A stretch of 38,597 nt of DNA from Octopus bimaculoides (Eukaryota): NCBI RefSeq assembly GCF_001194135.2, contig NC_068983.1, forward strand, positions 166,539,300 to 166,577,896. Reading direction: 5' to 3'. The notes beneath the pieces were generated by a model. The model saw nothing but the letters and a program-made list of their open reading frames with translations. It was not told the origin of the DNA and ran no database searches. Both the position numbers and the translations under genes were made by a program. Shown piece after piece: positions 11,575-25,045 of the stretch (its first letter is position 1; each line of letters opens with the position of its first letter).

Positions 11575-12000
11575 CATCACCATCATCATTATCATCGCTT
11601 AACGTCTGCTTTCTATGCTGGCATGGGTTGGACGGTTTGACTGAGGATTGGCAAACCAGAAGGCTGCACCAGGCTCCAATCTGATTTGGCAAGGTTTCTA
11701 CAACTGGATGCCCTTCGTAATGCCAACCACTCCGAGAGTGTAGTGGGTGCTTTTATGTGCCACCGGCACAGGAGCTCAAATGGTGGTTTTTACCTGCCAC
11801 CAGCACAGGAGCCAGTGAGGTGGCACTGGCAACGACCACACTCGAATGGTAGTTTTTATATGCCACTGGAACAGGATCCAGTCTGGAGGGACTGGCATTG
11901 ACAACGCTCAAATGGTGCTTTCTACGTGCCACCAGCATGGGTATCAGTCATGTGGTATCAGCATGGGCATCAGCCATGTGGTACTGGCATCAGTCATGGC
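11575..12000 (-). mobile_element. RTE-type 3' UTR, 5'-truncated, with internal tandem units of about 65 bp
   Basis: Colinear with 5712-6150. Confidence 0.8.
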
Positions 12001-12027
12001 AATGCATACACAGACACAAACACACAC

Positions 12028-12175
12028 ATGGCAGGCTTCCTTTAGTTTCTTTCCACCAAATCCATTCACAAGGTATGGATATCTTGCTCATCATTTTCCT
12101 GCCCAAGGTGCCAAGCAGTGGAACTGAACCTGAAACCAAACGACTGGGAAGGAAGCTTTGGAACCAACAGAGTCA
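12028..12175 (-). mobile_element. SINE family A head, diverged
   Basis: ccaccaaatccattcacaag...gcccaaggtgcca...gaactgaacc. Confidence 0.7.
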
Positions 12176-13989
12176 ACAAGCCAAATATCCCATAGGCTTT
12201 ATTTAGAAAATTTGGAGAAAATAACAAACAAGATATCCATGTTTTGGTCCAACCTGTGCCAGCATGGAACATGGATGTTAAATGAAGCTGTGTGGTGGCC
12301 TCATGAGTTCTTGTGCCATAACAAATGCACCCAATAAATGCAGTGAAGCAATGTTTGGAAAAATGTCCAGCTGTAGAAGCCATACAAATCACAGTTCAGT
12401 TCTCTGGCCTATTGGATCCTGTCAAACAGTCCAACCCATGCCAGCATGGATGAAGGGTGTTAAATGATGATAATGGACTTTTTTTTCTAATTTTTCTTCC
12501 CAGAAACCATATACTTTCAGTAGGTAATGAAGAGAGCTTTTGGCTGAGTGAAACTAATTAATTGAAAAATGAAACAATTATGTTATGCTATTTACTTCCT
12601 TGTGAATATAAAATTGAACGATGAAAATGTAAGTCTATCTTTTAAGTTTATAATTACTGACAACAAACTGGTACATTTTGGCATATTTTATGATTGTAAC
12701 ATTGTCACACACATACACAAGAATTCAATTAATTTTAATTTTATGCTGTGAGATGTGACGCTATTATATATATGTCAGTATAGAATGTCAGTACGGTCTG
12801 CTAGATAAGCTGTTTGCATTCATCACAGTCCAAAGAATTGATCCATAACCCATTCTTAGTTGAAATGGGAAGATTATCACCTTTCCAATTAATCTCTCAT
12901 TTGTTGGATCGTATAGAGTTATAGCTTGCAGATCTGTCTTGAACAAGATTTCAAACGACAAATGTAATTATAAATGCATTAGGAAGCTATGTTTGGTGCA
13001 GCATGAAATCTTGATTATAAATTTGTTCGAGGTTTGACAGCAATAAATATTTTGTTATTACTTAGACATAATAGAATCCAGGAAACTAATACATTGCATT
13101 GCTTGAACACAAGTCTGAGTAAAGAATAAGAAAGATTATTGAGACTGAAGAAAGATAAAATGGTTACTTATTCTCCATGGTAAAGAGAATTTCTCTGCAG
13201 GGACAGTTTTCACAGTGAACATCTTCCCATGTTTTAGTCTACTCATACATGTTAAACATAATTGCACACACAAATATTTCAATCAACACTGCTTCAAGTA
13301 CCTTTAATTAATTAATTCCAGCTTGACAAAGCATTGCACATACCAGCAAATTGTTATTTGCTGTTTCGATATAAGAACAACAATTCTTCTTAAGCTTTGG
13401 ATAACAGATTTGGTGTGTATAGCTAATGGAGCATATCAACACAGAAGCACATGTCTTATGATCAAATTACATCATTCAGAACTCAATGGTTTGTTTTTCA
13501 CATGCATTGATACAGTCGTTCTCCCAAAACAATTCCTGCAACAAATGTCTTTCCATGCTTGAATAGACATGAACATGTTAAATATAACAGCATACACCTA
13601 TATTGCTTTTAATTAATTAAATGTTCTTCATTTTCTGTCTGTTATCTAGTAACAAAACTAGAAGATTGGTATGATTTAAAAGTACCCAATATATTGGTAT
13701 ATTAGCAATTAGCACCATAGGGCCACAGTGGAAAAAAGAACAAAGAAATAAAGAAGTAATAATAGATATAAAATAGCAGGCCCCTCCACAGCCCTTGCCC
13801 TACTCACACTGTGCCACTGTGAGCAATTCTTTGGTTGTAAAAATTGAATGTCTAAATAGACTTCAGTTATATGGAACACTTACTGTCTTTCATTTTAATA
13901 ACGGAGAAAAATAGTTATTTCTTGTTGTAGGAATGGCTGTCTGGTTAAGAAACTCACTTTGCAATCTTGCCGCTTCGAGTTCAGTTCTT

Positions 13990-14028
<39 letters not shown>

Positions 14029-14310
14029 TGTATGCATATTAGATAAAATGTTATATCATTTTAATCCAAATGAAAATAAAAATTACATGTTGACACTCAC
14101 GGGGTCTAATACTATTTCCTTGTAAAATTTGATTTGATTTGGTGGAGGCGTTTGAGAATGCATAGGGGATAGACAGACAGACAGACAGACAGACAGAAAG
14201 AATTTTATATACATAGAGATGTATATGTATATACATACATGTATATATACATACACACACATATATATACATATACATATATATACATATATATATATAC
14301 ATACATACAT

Positions 14311-14460
14311 GGCGTTAGGAAGGGCATCCAGCTGTAGAAACTCTGCCAAATCGGACTGGAGCCTGGTGTTGCCATCCGGTTTCACCAGTCCTCAGTCAAA
14401 TCGTCCAACCCATGCTAGCATGGAAAGCGGACGTTAAACGATGATGATGATGATGATGAT
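14311..14460 (+). mobile_element. Young RTE-type 3' end
   Basis: One mismatch to the 2206 copy over about 125 bp. Inserted in (TACA)n/(TA)n. Confidence 0.85.
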
Positions 14461-15329
14461 ACATATATATATATATATATATANNNNNNNNNNNNNNNNN
14501 NNNNNNNNNNNNNNNNNNNNNNNNNNNNNNNNNNNNNNNNNNNNNNNNNNNNNNNNNNNNNNNNNNNNNNNNNNNNNNNNNNNNNNNNNNNNNNNNNNNN
14601 NNNNNNNNNNNNNNNNNNNNNNNNNNNNNNNNNNNNNNNNNNNNNNNNNNNNNNNNNNNNNNNNNNNNNNNNNNNNNNNNNNNNNNNNNNNNNNNNNNNN
14701 NNNNNNNNNNNNNNNNNNNNNNNNNNNNNNNNNNNNNNNNNNNNNNNNNNNNNNNNNNNNNNNNNNNNNNNNNNNNNNNNNNNATATATATAAATGTGTG
14801 TATATGTATGTGTGTGTGTATGAAATATAAAAATTGTATTTTCATATCTCATTAGGCATATAGAAGCATCTCTACATGAGAAGCATCTCTACATGAGAAG
14901 CCTCATCAAGTTGTTATTGCTGTTGTTATTGTTTTCAGATTGCTGTTTTGCTCCTGATGCCAGAATCTTTATTCCTCTCTTTTCCGCACAAACAAACATC
15001 CAGCCACACACCTGGCACTCACTCGCTTGTAGAACAAGAAGATCTAATTGCATTGCTTTAGGACACTTTATAATCCCTGTTAATGCCTGATACAACCTCA
15101 CAACTCATAATCTAGACACAATTGTAGCCCCCCCCCCCCACGCCATATATTTTTTAAAAATAAATACCAATACAACATACAATCTGCCAACATTTTCTTA
15201 TTCTTTCACATTAATTTGTTTTTATTTCTCATAGTTTATTTTCACATAAAGTACCAATATGATACTTTTAATTCAATAAACAATGAGTAGATTTTTTTTT
15301 TCATAAAAACAAAGACTGAAAAGTATTAT

Positions 15330-15446
15330 ACCACATGGTTTTGGGTTCAGTCCCACTGTGTGGCACCTTGGGCAAGTGTCTGCTACTATAACCTTGGGCC
15401 GACCAAAGTTTTATGAGTGAATTTGGTAGATGGAAACTGAAAGAAG
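15330..15446 (+). mobile_element. SINE family A head, ending at an N gap
   Basis: gggttcagtcccactg...gaaactgaaagaag directly followed by N. Confidence 0.85.
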
Positions 15447-15534
15447 NNNNNNNNNNNNNNNNNNNNNNNNNNNNNNNNNNNNNNNNNNNNNNNNNNNNNN
15501 NNNNNNNNNNNNNNNNNNNNNNNNNNNNNNNNNN

Positions 15535-15566
<32 letters not shown>

Positions 15567-15844
15567 GAAATATGTTTCAAAAAGAAAACAGAAACTACAT
15601 GAGGAAAGATATGGGGAAAGTAAGAAGAAAAAAATCGAAAATGCACATTAGATATAAAAAAAAATAAAGGCTTTTTTATGAAAAGTAACGATAAATAAAT
15701 AGAATTAGATAAACTGAGGTAGAATTAAGTGGAATTAAATTCATCATTTTGAATTGTTAATGAGATTCAAAGTCATACCGGTATCGTCAAATGCTGTTCA
15801 CTGGCTGTTCACATGTATATATACATACATGTATATGTTTGTAT

Positions 15845-16045
15845 GACTGTGTTTGTCCCTCTACCATTACTTGACAACTGATGTTGGTGTGTTTACGTCC
15901 CCTAACTTAGCAGTTCGGCAAAAGAAACTCATAGAATAAGTATTAAGCTTACAAAGAATAAGACCTGGGGTCGATTTGTTCAACTAAAGGCAGTGCTCCA
16001 GCATGACCACAGTCAAATGACTGAAACAAGTAAAAGAATGAAAGA
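15845..16045 (+). mobile_element. SINE family A tail half
   Basis: tgtgtttgtccc...aaatgactgaaacaagtaaaagaat. Confidence 0.85.
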
Positions 16046-16195
16046 ATGTATCTGCATGCATGTGCATGAGTGCATGCATGCAGACACACACACACACACA
16101 CACACTCACACACATGCACATACATACACACACACACACACAGATGATGATGAGTAACTTTGGAAGTATACTTTTACCGCCACAGGTAATACTTG

Positions 16196-16397
16196 TTTCA
16201 AATTTTGGCACAAAACAGTTTTGGGGGAGGAGGGAAGTTGATTACATTGCTCTCCAGTACATGACTGGTACTTATTTTGTCAACCCTGAAAGGGATGAAA
16301 GGCAAAGTGAGTCTTGGTGAACTTTGAACTCAGAAAGTAAAGGCAGATGAAATGCTGCTCAGCATTTGGTGCAGCTATGCTAACGATTCTGCCAGCT
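16196..16397 (-). mobile_element. SINE family B
   Basis: Homologous to 5449-5649. Confidence 0.8.
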
Positions 16398-17049
16398 TTG
16401 ATGCTTTATTGGTTTCCAATTGTGGCACAAGGCCAGTAATTTCGTGGGGAGGGGGTAAGTCGATAGAATAATAGAATAAGTACCAAGCTTGAAAGAAGAA
16501 GTAAAAAGTGCTGGAGTCAATTCCTTTGACTAAAACTTCTTCTTGGCACTTCCCCAGCATGGCCACACTCTAATGACTGAAACAGGTAAAAGACGAAAAA
16601 GGTAAAAGGAATCCAACATCCATAAAAGATAATTTGATTGGATTTTGTTAAAACATTCAAAGAATGGCAGCCAGAAAGAAAAAAGCAAAATGAATGTTGA
16701 AGATGGAAATACTTTTACAATAAAATCTATGAAAGACAAACAAATATGTAAAACAAAACTACAAAAAAAAAAAACATAATAAAACCAATCAAATCCATCA
16801 GGTTTTTTTTTTCCCATTAGTTTCTTCTTATTCTTCTCAATTCTTCCAGAATGCAACTTACCAAAAATAGGTGACCATTTCAAGTTTTTTTATTTTGAAA
16901 ATGTGTTTTAAAAGCAAAAATGTCACATGAACGGTAGGAAATTAACAGAACTGTTTTAAATGAAAATATTTCATTAGCGTTTGTAATCGCTGTTTTGAGC
17001 ATTCTATCATTAACAAATATTTTAAATGTTAGTTTCTTTCATTAAGTTG

Positions 17050-17238
17050 TTGTCATTGTCATCTTCATCATCAGCATTGTCACCACACCACCAACACCAC
17101 CATCATTATCAATGTCACCACACCACTGCCGCCACCACCACCACCACCATCATTATCATCATTGTCACTACACCACCATCACCACCATCCTCCTCCTCCT
17201 CCTCCTCCTCCTCCTCCTCATCATCATCATCATCATCC

Positions 17239-17298
<60 letters not shown>

Positions 17299-17350
17299 CT
17301 GTTGTCATCATCATTATTCATCATCATTATCACTACAATCCACAACAATA
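17050..17350. repeat. Compound triplet microsatellite (CAC)n/(CTC)n/(CAT)n
   Basis: Read directly from the sequence. A similar (CTG)(CTC)(CAT) tract lies at 8150-8245. Confidence 0.95.
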
Positions 17351-18414
17351 ATAGACGTAGGCCATAAATCTGTAATCTTTGTAAGAGAGATTCTAACAAG
17401 TCCATTGTTTGCAGACCAGTTGGAGCTGCTCCATACTACAGTAAACAGATCAAACATTCAATTAGCATTTCTGTTGCTTAATTACTTTGAGCTCATTTCA
17501 CAATTTGACAAAAGACTGTCTCTCCTGTATTGTAGGATTTCACCTCTCACTTCAACTACCAAAGCATAAAGGTGTTTTGCTGGGTTAGGCGCCAACAAAC
17601 CAACCAGAAAGTGCATGGACTCACAAGCAGCCAGCAGAAAATAATTTGCATATGCTGTTCTCTGTTGGAAGACATTGTAAAAATGTTGTGGAAAAGTTGT
17701 TATATATTTCTATATTAAAATGAGTCATAACTCACTGAGTCACTTTGGTTTCAAGCTAAACACCCAAAGCAGGAATAGCAGGAATGGTTTGTGTTCTTCT
17801 ATCAATGGTGCTGGAATCAATATCCTATCTGCATACACTAAAAATGCAAAAAGAAAAAAAAACTGGAAACCCTAATGAAGCTTTAGACAATGTATTCCCA
17901 CCCCCACTTCTCTAGAAACCCATATAACAAAAATGTAGAACAATCTATTCATAGAGCCTAACCCTGGGATCATTAGGTCATCATCAAAGACTTCATCTTC
18001 AGACTGTGTATAACAGGAAAGTCAGCCAAGTCAGTCAAGCAGAACCCATTTCTGTCACGGTTATTGAATATGGAAAGAAATTCCAGATATGAAAGACTAA
18101 GTGAAATGGACTGGTTCAACTAAGAAATTAACTTTACCATTTCTGTGTAGCTTTAGCTTATCACAATTCCAGAGTTGTTTTATCTTCTTGTTCTGTGACA
18201 TGGAGAAAAGAGAAAGAGGATGGATATCTTTTCAATGCTGGCATTCTTTGTTTGCAGATTATTATGGCTGTCATCAGTTGATGAATTTATGCCAGTAAAT
18301 CTCATTCAACATTATTAGAAGCATCATTTAAAATGGCAGCGGGACCAACACAATGGAATTATTTGAGTTAATCCATTATTCAGGTCATCATCGACTGCAG
18401 TTGTTAAATGCATG

Positions 18415-18578
18415 AGGTGCAGGAGTGGCTGTGTGGTAAAGAAGCTTGTTTCTCAACCATGCAGTTTTAAGTTCAATCCCACTGCAAGGCACTGTGGAGA
18501 AAGTGTTTTCTTCTATAGCCCAAGGCTGACCAAAGCTGTGTGAGTGGATTTGGCAGATGGAAACTGAACGAAGCTTAT
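18415..18578 (+). mobile_element. SINE family A head followed by a long microsatellite
   Basis: A-box ggagtggctgtgtgg, B-box agttcaatccc. Confidence 0.8.
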
Positions 18579-19409
18579 GTGTATGTGTGTGTGTGTGTGT
18601 GTGTGTGTATGCATTTATGTTATGTATGTATGAATGTGTGTGTATCTGCATGCATGTGCATGAGTGCATGCATGCAGACACACACACACACACATACATG
18701 CACATACATATACACACACACATACATGCATATGCACATACATACAGAAACACACACACACATACATACATACATACATACATACATACATACATACATA
18801 CACACCTGCTTTTAATTAACTTTTAATTAACAAAACTGTGATGTCAGAGGTGCAGCAGTACCAGAGGTACTTGGTCAAAGACTGGCAAGGTTACAAGAAA
18901 TCTTTTCATTCCGTTCCCTTTTTCATGGATACTTGAGTCCCTTTGAGTAACTCAAGTCCCATTTACCTTTATCGTATCAACAGACAATCTGACTTCATCA
19001 TGGGCCACCAAATACAAGAGCAACTGGCTCTATTATCACTGATATAATACACTTTTACAGGAGAATATATCAAGATGATAGCATTTCTGTGATGATGCTT
19101 ATATTTTCTGTAAATCTTTTGTCTTTTCTGTTAAAGAAATCTGAATGGTAAGTGACCATCCCCCAGGAAGTATATCAGCCTAACGTATTGCCTCTTTACA
19201 GAGCATCTGGAACTATATGCAAAGAAAATGAATAGTTTGAAGAGAATCCTTGTGCTGCCCATAACATTTTCATCTTCTACTCCATGGTCATTGGAAAACG
19301 TTCTTGATTACACAAATGTTTGATTCTTTTGACTCCAATCCTCCTGAAATCATTCCTGCTCCTACAATACAGACTTCCTGTCTTAAAGTAATCTTAATTA
19401 AACCATTCC

Positions 19410-19555
19410 ATCAAAACTTCCTGTTAATTTATGTTCCAAACACAAGCTTAGAAACAGCAAAGATATTTTGGTACATTCTTTCTTATTTTCAAGACTAACC
19501 GAAGCAAAACAATGTATTTCAACATAAATATGGTAAAAGCAAAGCATTAGAGTTT
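19410..19555 (+). mobile_element. Fragment of a short AT-rich dispersed repeat (MITE-like); related pieces at 20690-20772, 25085-25170 and 31693-31850
   Basis: 20690-20772 and 25085-25170 are about 90% identical. 19410-19555 resembles their reverse complement and shares aatttatgtt..aac.c.agctta with 31795-31815. The 31693 piece starts ttgaccctttcgttacc, a degenerate TTAA-CCC (piggyBac-like) end. Confidence 0.45.
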
Positions 19556-19797
19556 TGTAGACAAAGCACAATGAATAGAGAATAACAAAATGTTTCACTC
19601 AGTTGTAATTCCCTCCTTTTCTCCATCAAAAAATATTTCTATTTTCTTCAATAATTTCAATTTCAAAAGATACAAAACAATTGTGTTTAGGTTTCTAACT
19701 TGCTTTTTCTTTCTAAAAAAAATGTCTTTTGCATGAAACAATTTAAACTGGTTGACTATAACACATACATATACATATATATATGTTTGTGTACATG

Positions 19798-19837
<40 letters not shown>

Positions 19838-21325
19838 CACACACATGGAACAGCCTTAGATTAAAATACCAATGAGTATAATATTTGTGATGTGTATCCA
19901 CATTGCAACGGCACTCGCTGTAATGTGCATATTTCAAACATCTCGTTCTGATCTCACAAATTATCAACACTTTGGCTCCTTGTTTGATTAACTTCGTCTG
20001 CTCGATGCTGAGAAACTATTTAAATTCAGTTAACAACAAGTCACAGGAAATGTTGTACTCAAAAGTTATTAACCTGTTATTAAGAAATCTTTCACAATTG
20101 CTGTCTGCAGAAAAAAAGAAACCAAAAACTCATTCCATTCACCATAGCAATCAATGACTGAATAACAGACATGTTACATTAGAACCAGCAAAATAAGGAT
20201 TCCTGGTTGAACGTATTTCACTAAAGAAAAGCATCTGTATCACACAATCTCATTTCTCATTTTCTAAAAGGGCAAATTTTGGTTCCAGTTGAGGGCTTTT
20301 GAGGTGTTCCCAGATCAATACGTTGAATACGTGGCTCAGGTTTTGATTATTAATCGAAATGATATAAACAGCCATAAAAACAGATCAGAGATAGATGTAC
20401 GATGAGGAACTTAAGATGTGCTATGGGGCGCATAAGATGTGCCATGGGGAGCATAAGATGTGCCATGGGGAGCAGTTCGTATCTCATCATCTTCATTGCA
20501 TTGTGTACATGGGTGAAACTCTTATCTTAAATTACTGAGTTGACAATTTTTTTTTATTTTAGTATAGTTTCAGCTCAGAGCTGCGATCATGCTGATGCAC
20601 CACCATTATTTTGAACAACCTCGATCGATTTTCGAATGCTATTGGGTTCTCATCAAAGGCATCTACATCACTCTGCCAGATGACAGTTTTGTTATCATAG
20701 TTCTGTTGAAAGACACTGTGTTTGTTTTAATCAATTTCGAAAATAATGAAGAATTTAGCAAAATAACTGTAATGACGATGACGATGATGATGACGATGAT
20801 GATGACGATGATGATGATGATGATGTCAACGATACTGATGATGATGATGTTGATGATGATGCCAATGATAATGATGAAAGTAGAGGCTGTGACCCACTGC
20901 AGAAATGCATTTAGGTTTTATCCCATTAAAATTCTTGATGGTGCAACAACAATCTCACTTTCTGTTAATGAAGTATTTATTTCATTTGTAGGTTATTTCT
21001 CATACCTTTATGACTACAAATAGTTGGTCATGATATAAAGACATTAGTTAATTAGTATCATTGAAACAAAAAGTAACAAATAATCCAGGTTGTTGACATG
21101 GTCTCCTGCTGTCAAAAGAACTCATTTATGGTTGCCAAATATAAAAATAGTCTTGTGACAAATCATTAAAAATCTTGTGTCACATTCAATATTTAAAATG
21201 TTTTTTAATGAGATGCTGTTTTGTTCTATAAATATCTAACTTTTTGAAATGTTCAAAGAATATACACAGTAAATGCATTTTTTATTTTCATTATTTTTGA
21301 CATTTTAAATTTTTGATGAATTTTA

Positions 21326-22584
21326 TTGAGCTGTCCGGAAAGTTCTTGCCGATTTTTAAAGAAAAGAGAAAGGTCAATAAATACTTGCCATTACATTTTT
21401 AATCAACCAAATATGAACCATTTTGTTGCACAATGCGTCTTCATCTTTCCTTTAACTTGAAAATACCCTCTTCCCAGAATTGAGGTGGTTTCATGGCAAA
21501 GAATTCATCAAGGTATCTTTTTACGTCATCCAAGGAAATGAATTTTTTACCATTAAGACTATTCTGCAGAGACCTGAATAAGTGGAAATCCGAAGGAGCA
21601 ATATCTGGTGAATATGGAGGGTGGGGAAACATACCAGCCGAACTGCAGCAATTTTTGTCTGGTTCCCAAAGAAACGTGTGGTCTTGCATAATCATGTTGG
21701 AAAACAACATCCTTCCTGTTGGCCAATTCTGGACGTTTCTCTTGAATTGCTGCTTTTAACTTGTCCAGTTGTGTGCAGTATTTCTCAGAATGAATTGTCT
21801 GGTTACTTGGGAGAAGCTCATAGTACATAATTCCTTTCCAATCCCACCAAACACAAAGCAAGACTTTTTTAGGGTGAAGACCTGCTTTTGGGGTGGCTAA
21901 GGGTGGCTCATTTCACTTTTCCAGGATCGCTTTCTCTGAACATTTCGGTAGATAATCCATTTCTCATCACCTGTCACAATTTGCTTTAAAAAAGGCGCGT
22001 TTTCATTCCGTTTATAAAGTGAATCCCAGATGGAAATGCGATCCAAAAGGTTCTTCTCACTCAACTCATGTGGTACCCAAACATCGTAGCGATTTGTGTA
22101 CCCAAGCTTTACCAGGTGCTCATGAACAACGGATTTTGATAGGCTGAGGCTTTCTGCCAATTCTTGGGATGTGCAATGTGGGTTATTCTCAATTAATGAC
22201 TTGATTTGGTCATCATCTGTAGTGGATGGTCTGCCTAATTGCTCTTTATCAATAAGGCTACAATCTCCAGCTCGGAACCTTGCGAACCACTTCTGTACAG
22301 TTCTTTTGGATAAAGAAACATCACCATAAACTGCGCATATTTCTTTGGTTGCTTGTGAGGCATTTTACCCTTTACAGGAAAATGAACTTTCTTATCTTCC
22401 ATTTTAAAGGGTTACAGAATTAACACAGGTTATAGGAACATAGACCTTCTTCTACGAAAAGATAGCTTAAACTGTGCTCTAAATGGAGGTGTAGTCAAAT
22501 TCTATTTTATGGACTCAACTATGTTCTAAAATAAGTCGAAAGGTAAGCTACTATAAATTGGCATGAACTTTCCAGACAACCCAA
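21326..22584 (-). mobile_element. Full-length decayed mariner transposon (1259 bp), mellifera-subfamily-like
   Basis: Imperfect 30-bp TIRs: TTGAGCTGTCCGGAAAGTTCTTGCCGATTT on the left, and the right end read on the minus strand TTGGGTTGTCTGGAAAGTTCATGCCAATTT. Both are flanked by TA (21324-21325, 22585-22586). Confidence 0.95.
21399..22402 (-). pseudogene. mariner transposase pseudogene (D,D34D)
   Basis: MEDKKVHF start, WVPHEL, TGDEKW, HDYARPH and YSPDIAPSDFHLF motifs. Several frameshifts and one TGG>TGA. Confidence 0.95.
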
Positions 22585-22839
22585 TATATATATATTTTTT
22601 GTTTATTTTTATTATAATGACTGAAATAAATATTGGTTGGTTTGTTGGTCAACTGCTCTCTTTGGTCAGGCCTTACATCATACAGATAGAGGGGGATGAA
22701 AAGTAGACACAGAGACATACAAAGAGACACAGAGACAGAGTTGACATGTGCAAGATGAGTGCACATACTGGACTTGGTGGCAGGCACTGAGTAGTGAATG
22801 CTACACAAGTATGTATGGTGTAGGTGTGCGTACGTTTAT

Positions 22840-23045
22840 GTCTTTTTATCTTGTCGTCATGTGATAGAGTCGTAAATAAGTGTCACTGTCATACGAGCAG
22901 TGTTGTTCATTTTCAATTTTCTGCTAAAATGTGGCTTTACCTTGTTTGGAAACAGATGACTGCCTCAAATAAACTCCATTCTACCCATGCAAGCATGGAA
23001 AAGTGGACGTTAAAATGATGATGATGATGACGACGATGACGACGA
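22840..23045 (+). mobile_element. Family D (GAT)n-tailed retro-element
   Basis: ...ttaccttgtttggaaacag...ccatgcaagcatggaaaagtggacgttaaaa(tga)n. Confidence 0.65.
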
Positions 23046-24119
23046 TGATGCTGCTGCTGCCACCCCTGCCACCGATGATGTATGCCATAAATCCTGATTT
23101 CGTCCACTGAAGCAAAATTATACTTCGAAAGTCATCTGTCATACAACAGGTAACATTCGAGTTCTTTAATAATTCTCCATTTCGTTATTGCTCCTCTCCT
23201 TCCGCTCCATCCACCAACACTCTGGTTTTAGCTAGTTTCAATACATTTATGAAAAAAGAAAAGAAAATTACCAATAAATATATTTACCTGCCAATTTTTT
23301 GAAAATTTCAGCATTTAGTTTTGGTTTTTATTATACAACTATTCCTGATTTTATTCCTTAACCTGTAAGTTTCCATGGAAATGGCTCATAAATAACTGTA
23401 ATCTAACAGAAAACTCACAAAATATTTTTATGTCATATAATGTAGGTGAAATGTTTTCATTTTGTTACACCTGAGTTCCTGATTAAAAGGACTTGGTGTA
23501 AGCAAAATGTGCACCTGGAATATATATATACATGTATATATATATCATATATATATATATACACACACTTACACATGTAGTCAACCATATATATGTGTGT
23601 GTGCGTGTGTGTGTGCATATATATTACACACACACAGTTGTATAAAGAAATACACATTTACATATAGATGGGTATGTGTATGGGTATCTTCATATGTGTG
23701 TGTATAGTATTTTCTTATTTGTTTATATGCAGTGTATGTATGTGTATGCATTGGTATATACACACATATGGTTATATATGTATATATATATGTACATATA
23801 TATGTATGCATGTATGTATGTATGTACATATATATATGTATGTATGCATGTATGTACATACACATATGTATGTACATACACGTATGTATGTATGTATGTA
23901 CATACAAGTATGTATGTGTGTGTGTATGTATGTATGTATGTATGTATGTATGTATAATTTATTCTGCTTTTTCCATTCTTGAAATTTCTCTTGCTTCAGA
24001 AAGAATGACTTCCCAAAGTAAGAAACAAGGATTCTTTGTTGAAATTCTGCAAAACCAAGTCAATGGAGTCACATGCTGAACTTTAGAAATGTCTTGCGCT
24101 AATAATCATGTTGGCGTTA

Positions 24120-24350
24120 TTGTTGTTAGTGGTGGCCGTGGTGGCAGTGGTGGTGTTGGTGGTGGTGTTGGTGGTGGTGGTGGTGTTGGTGGTGTTGGTG
24201 GTAGTGGGGGTGATTGTGACAATGGCATTGATGGTGGTGTTAATGATGATGATGATGATGACAACAATGATAAGGTGATGATTATGATGATGTTGATGGA
24301 CAATGATGATGAGAATGATGACAACAACGACATTGATGACAAGGACAAAG
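24120..24350. repeat. (GGT)n/(GAT)n compound triplet repeat
   Basis: Read directly from the sequence. Confidence 0.9.
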
Positions 24351-24884
24351 AAGAGGAGAAAGCACTTAACTATGTTAGCCTTAGCAATAAATAACAGTAA
24401 TTTTGTTTTTTTCTGTTTGTTTTTCAGAATAAATTTGCATGGAATATGTAAAGTGGGGTGTATTTGATCCTTTTTAATATTTCAGTTTTCTTTGAATTAA
24501 ATTAAGGATGGAACAAAACCACCATTGTTCCAATTAGGTCCTCAGAATACAAAAAAACAACAAAAAAAAACCCAAATTGATTCATGGCTTGTTGTAAAAT
24601 ATGAGACATTCAATAACATGTCTACCCTGCACAGAATGGAAAAGACACACTAAGTGTTGTACTATAATATCTACACCTTACGCAGAATGACAAAGACACA
24701 CTAAGTGTTGTCCAATAACATAATAAAGAAGAATGCCGTGAGAAGAGAATGACTTGTCCGTATTAGTTTGAAGGACACAATAACAGCGACTGGATTGTCA
24801 GTTTTCTTAATTAGTAATCACAGATACGTTATATGTTTAGTGCTTTGGTCATTCTCTGGAGGTAGAGTTTGATTCCTGTAACCA

Positions 24885-25045
24885 AAGGTGATGGCATGGC
24901 TAATGGTCAAGAAGTTTGCTTCTTATCCACAAGGTTTTCAGTTCGGTCCTATTGCATGCCACCTTGGTCAAGTGTCTTCTATTGCAGCTCTGGAAATTAC
25001 TCTAAGCTTTGTGAGTAGATTTGGTAGACAGAAAAAAAATCTTTT
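24885..25045 (+). mobile_element. SINE family A head, diverged
   Basis: tggcatggctaatgg...cagttcggtcc...gtgagtagatttggtagacag. Confidence 0.7.

Noticed and set aside
17963-18003. Possible minus-strand exon SEDEVFDDDLMIPG
   Set aside because: The donor (GTTAGG) is weak and the peptide is short and unrecognised.
16859-20104. Several strong single splice signals on the minus strand (donor GTAAGT near 16859, acceptor ttttttctgcag near 20104, acceptor at about 10455)
   Set aside because: No stop-free internal exon could be paired with them, and such motifs are expected by chance in AT-rich DNA.
21399-22402. Functional or domesticated transposase (also the maT, rosa-like and Chapaev3 readings)
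   Set aside because: All have frameshifts and/or premature stops.
24621-24711. Two-copy duplication of about 50 bp (also a 17-bp duplication at 14863-14896)
   Set aside because: Ordinary local tandem duplications with no further structure.
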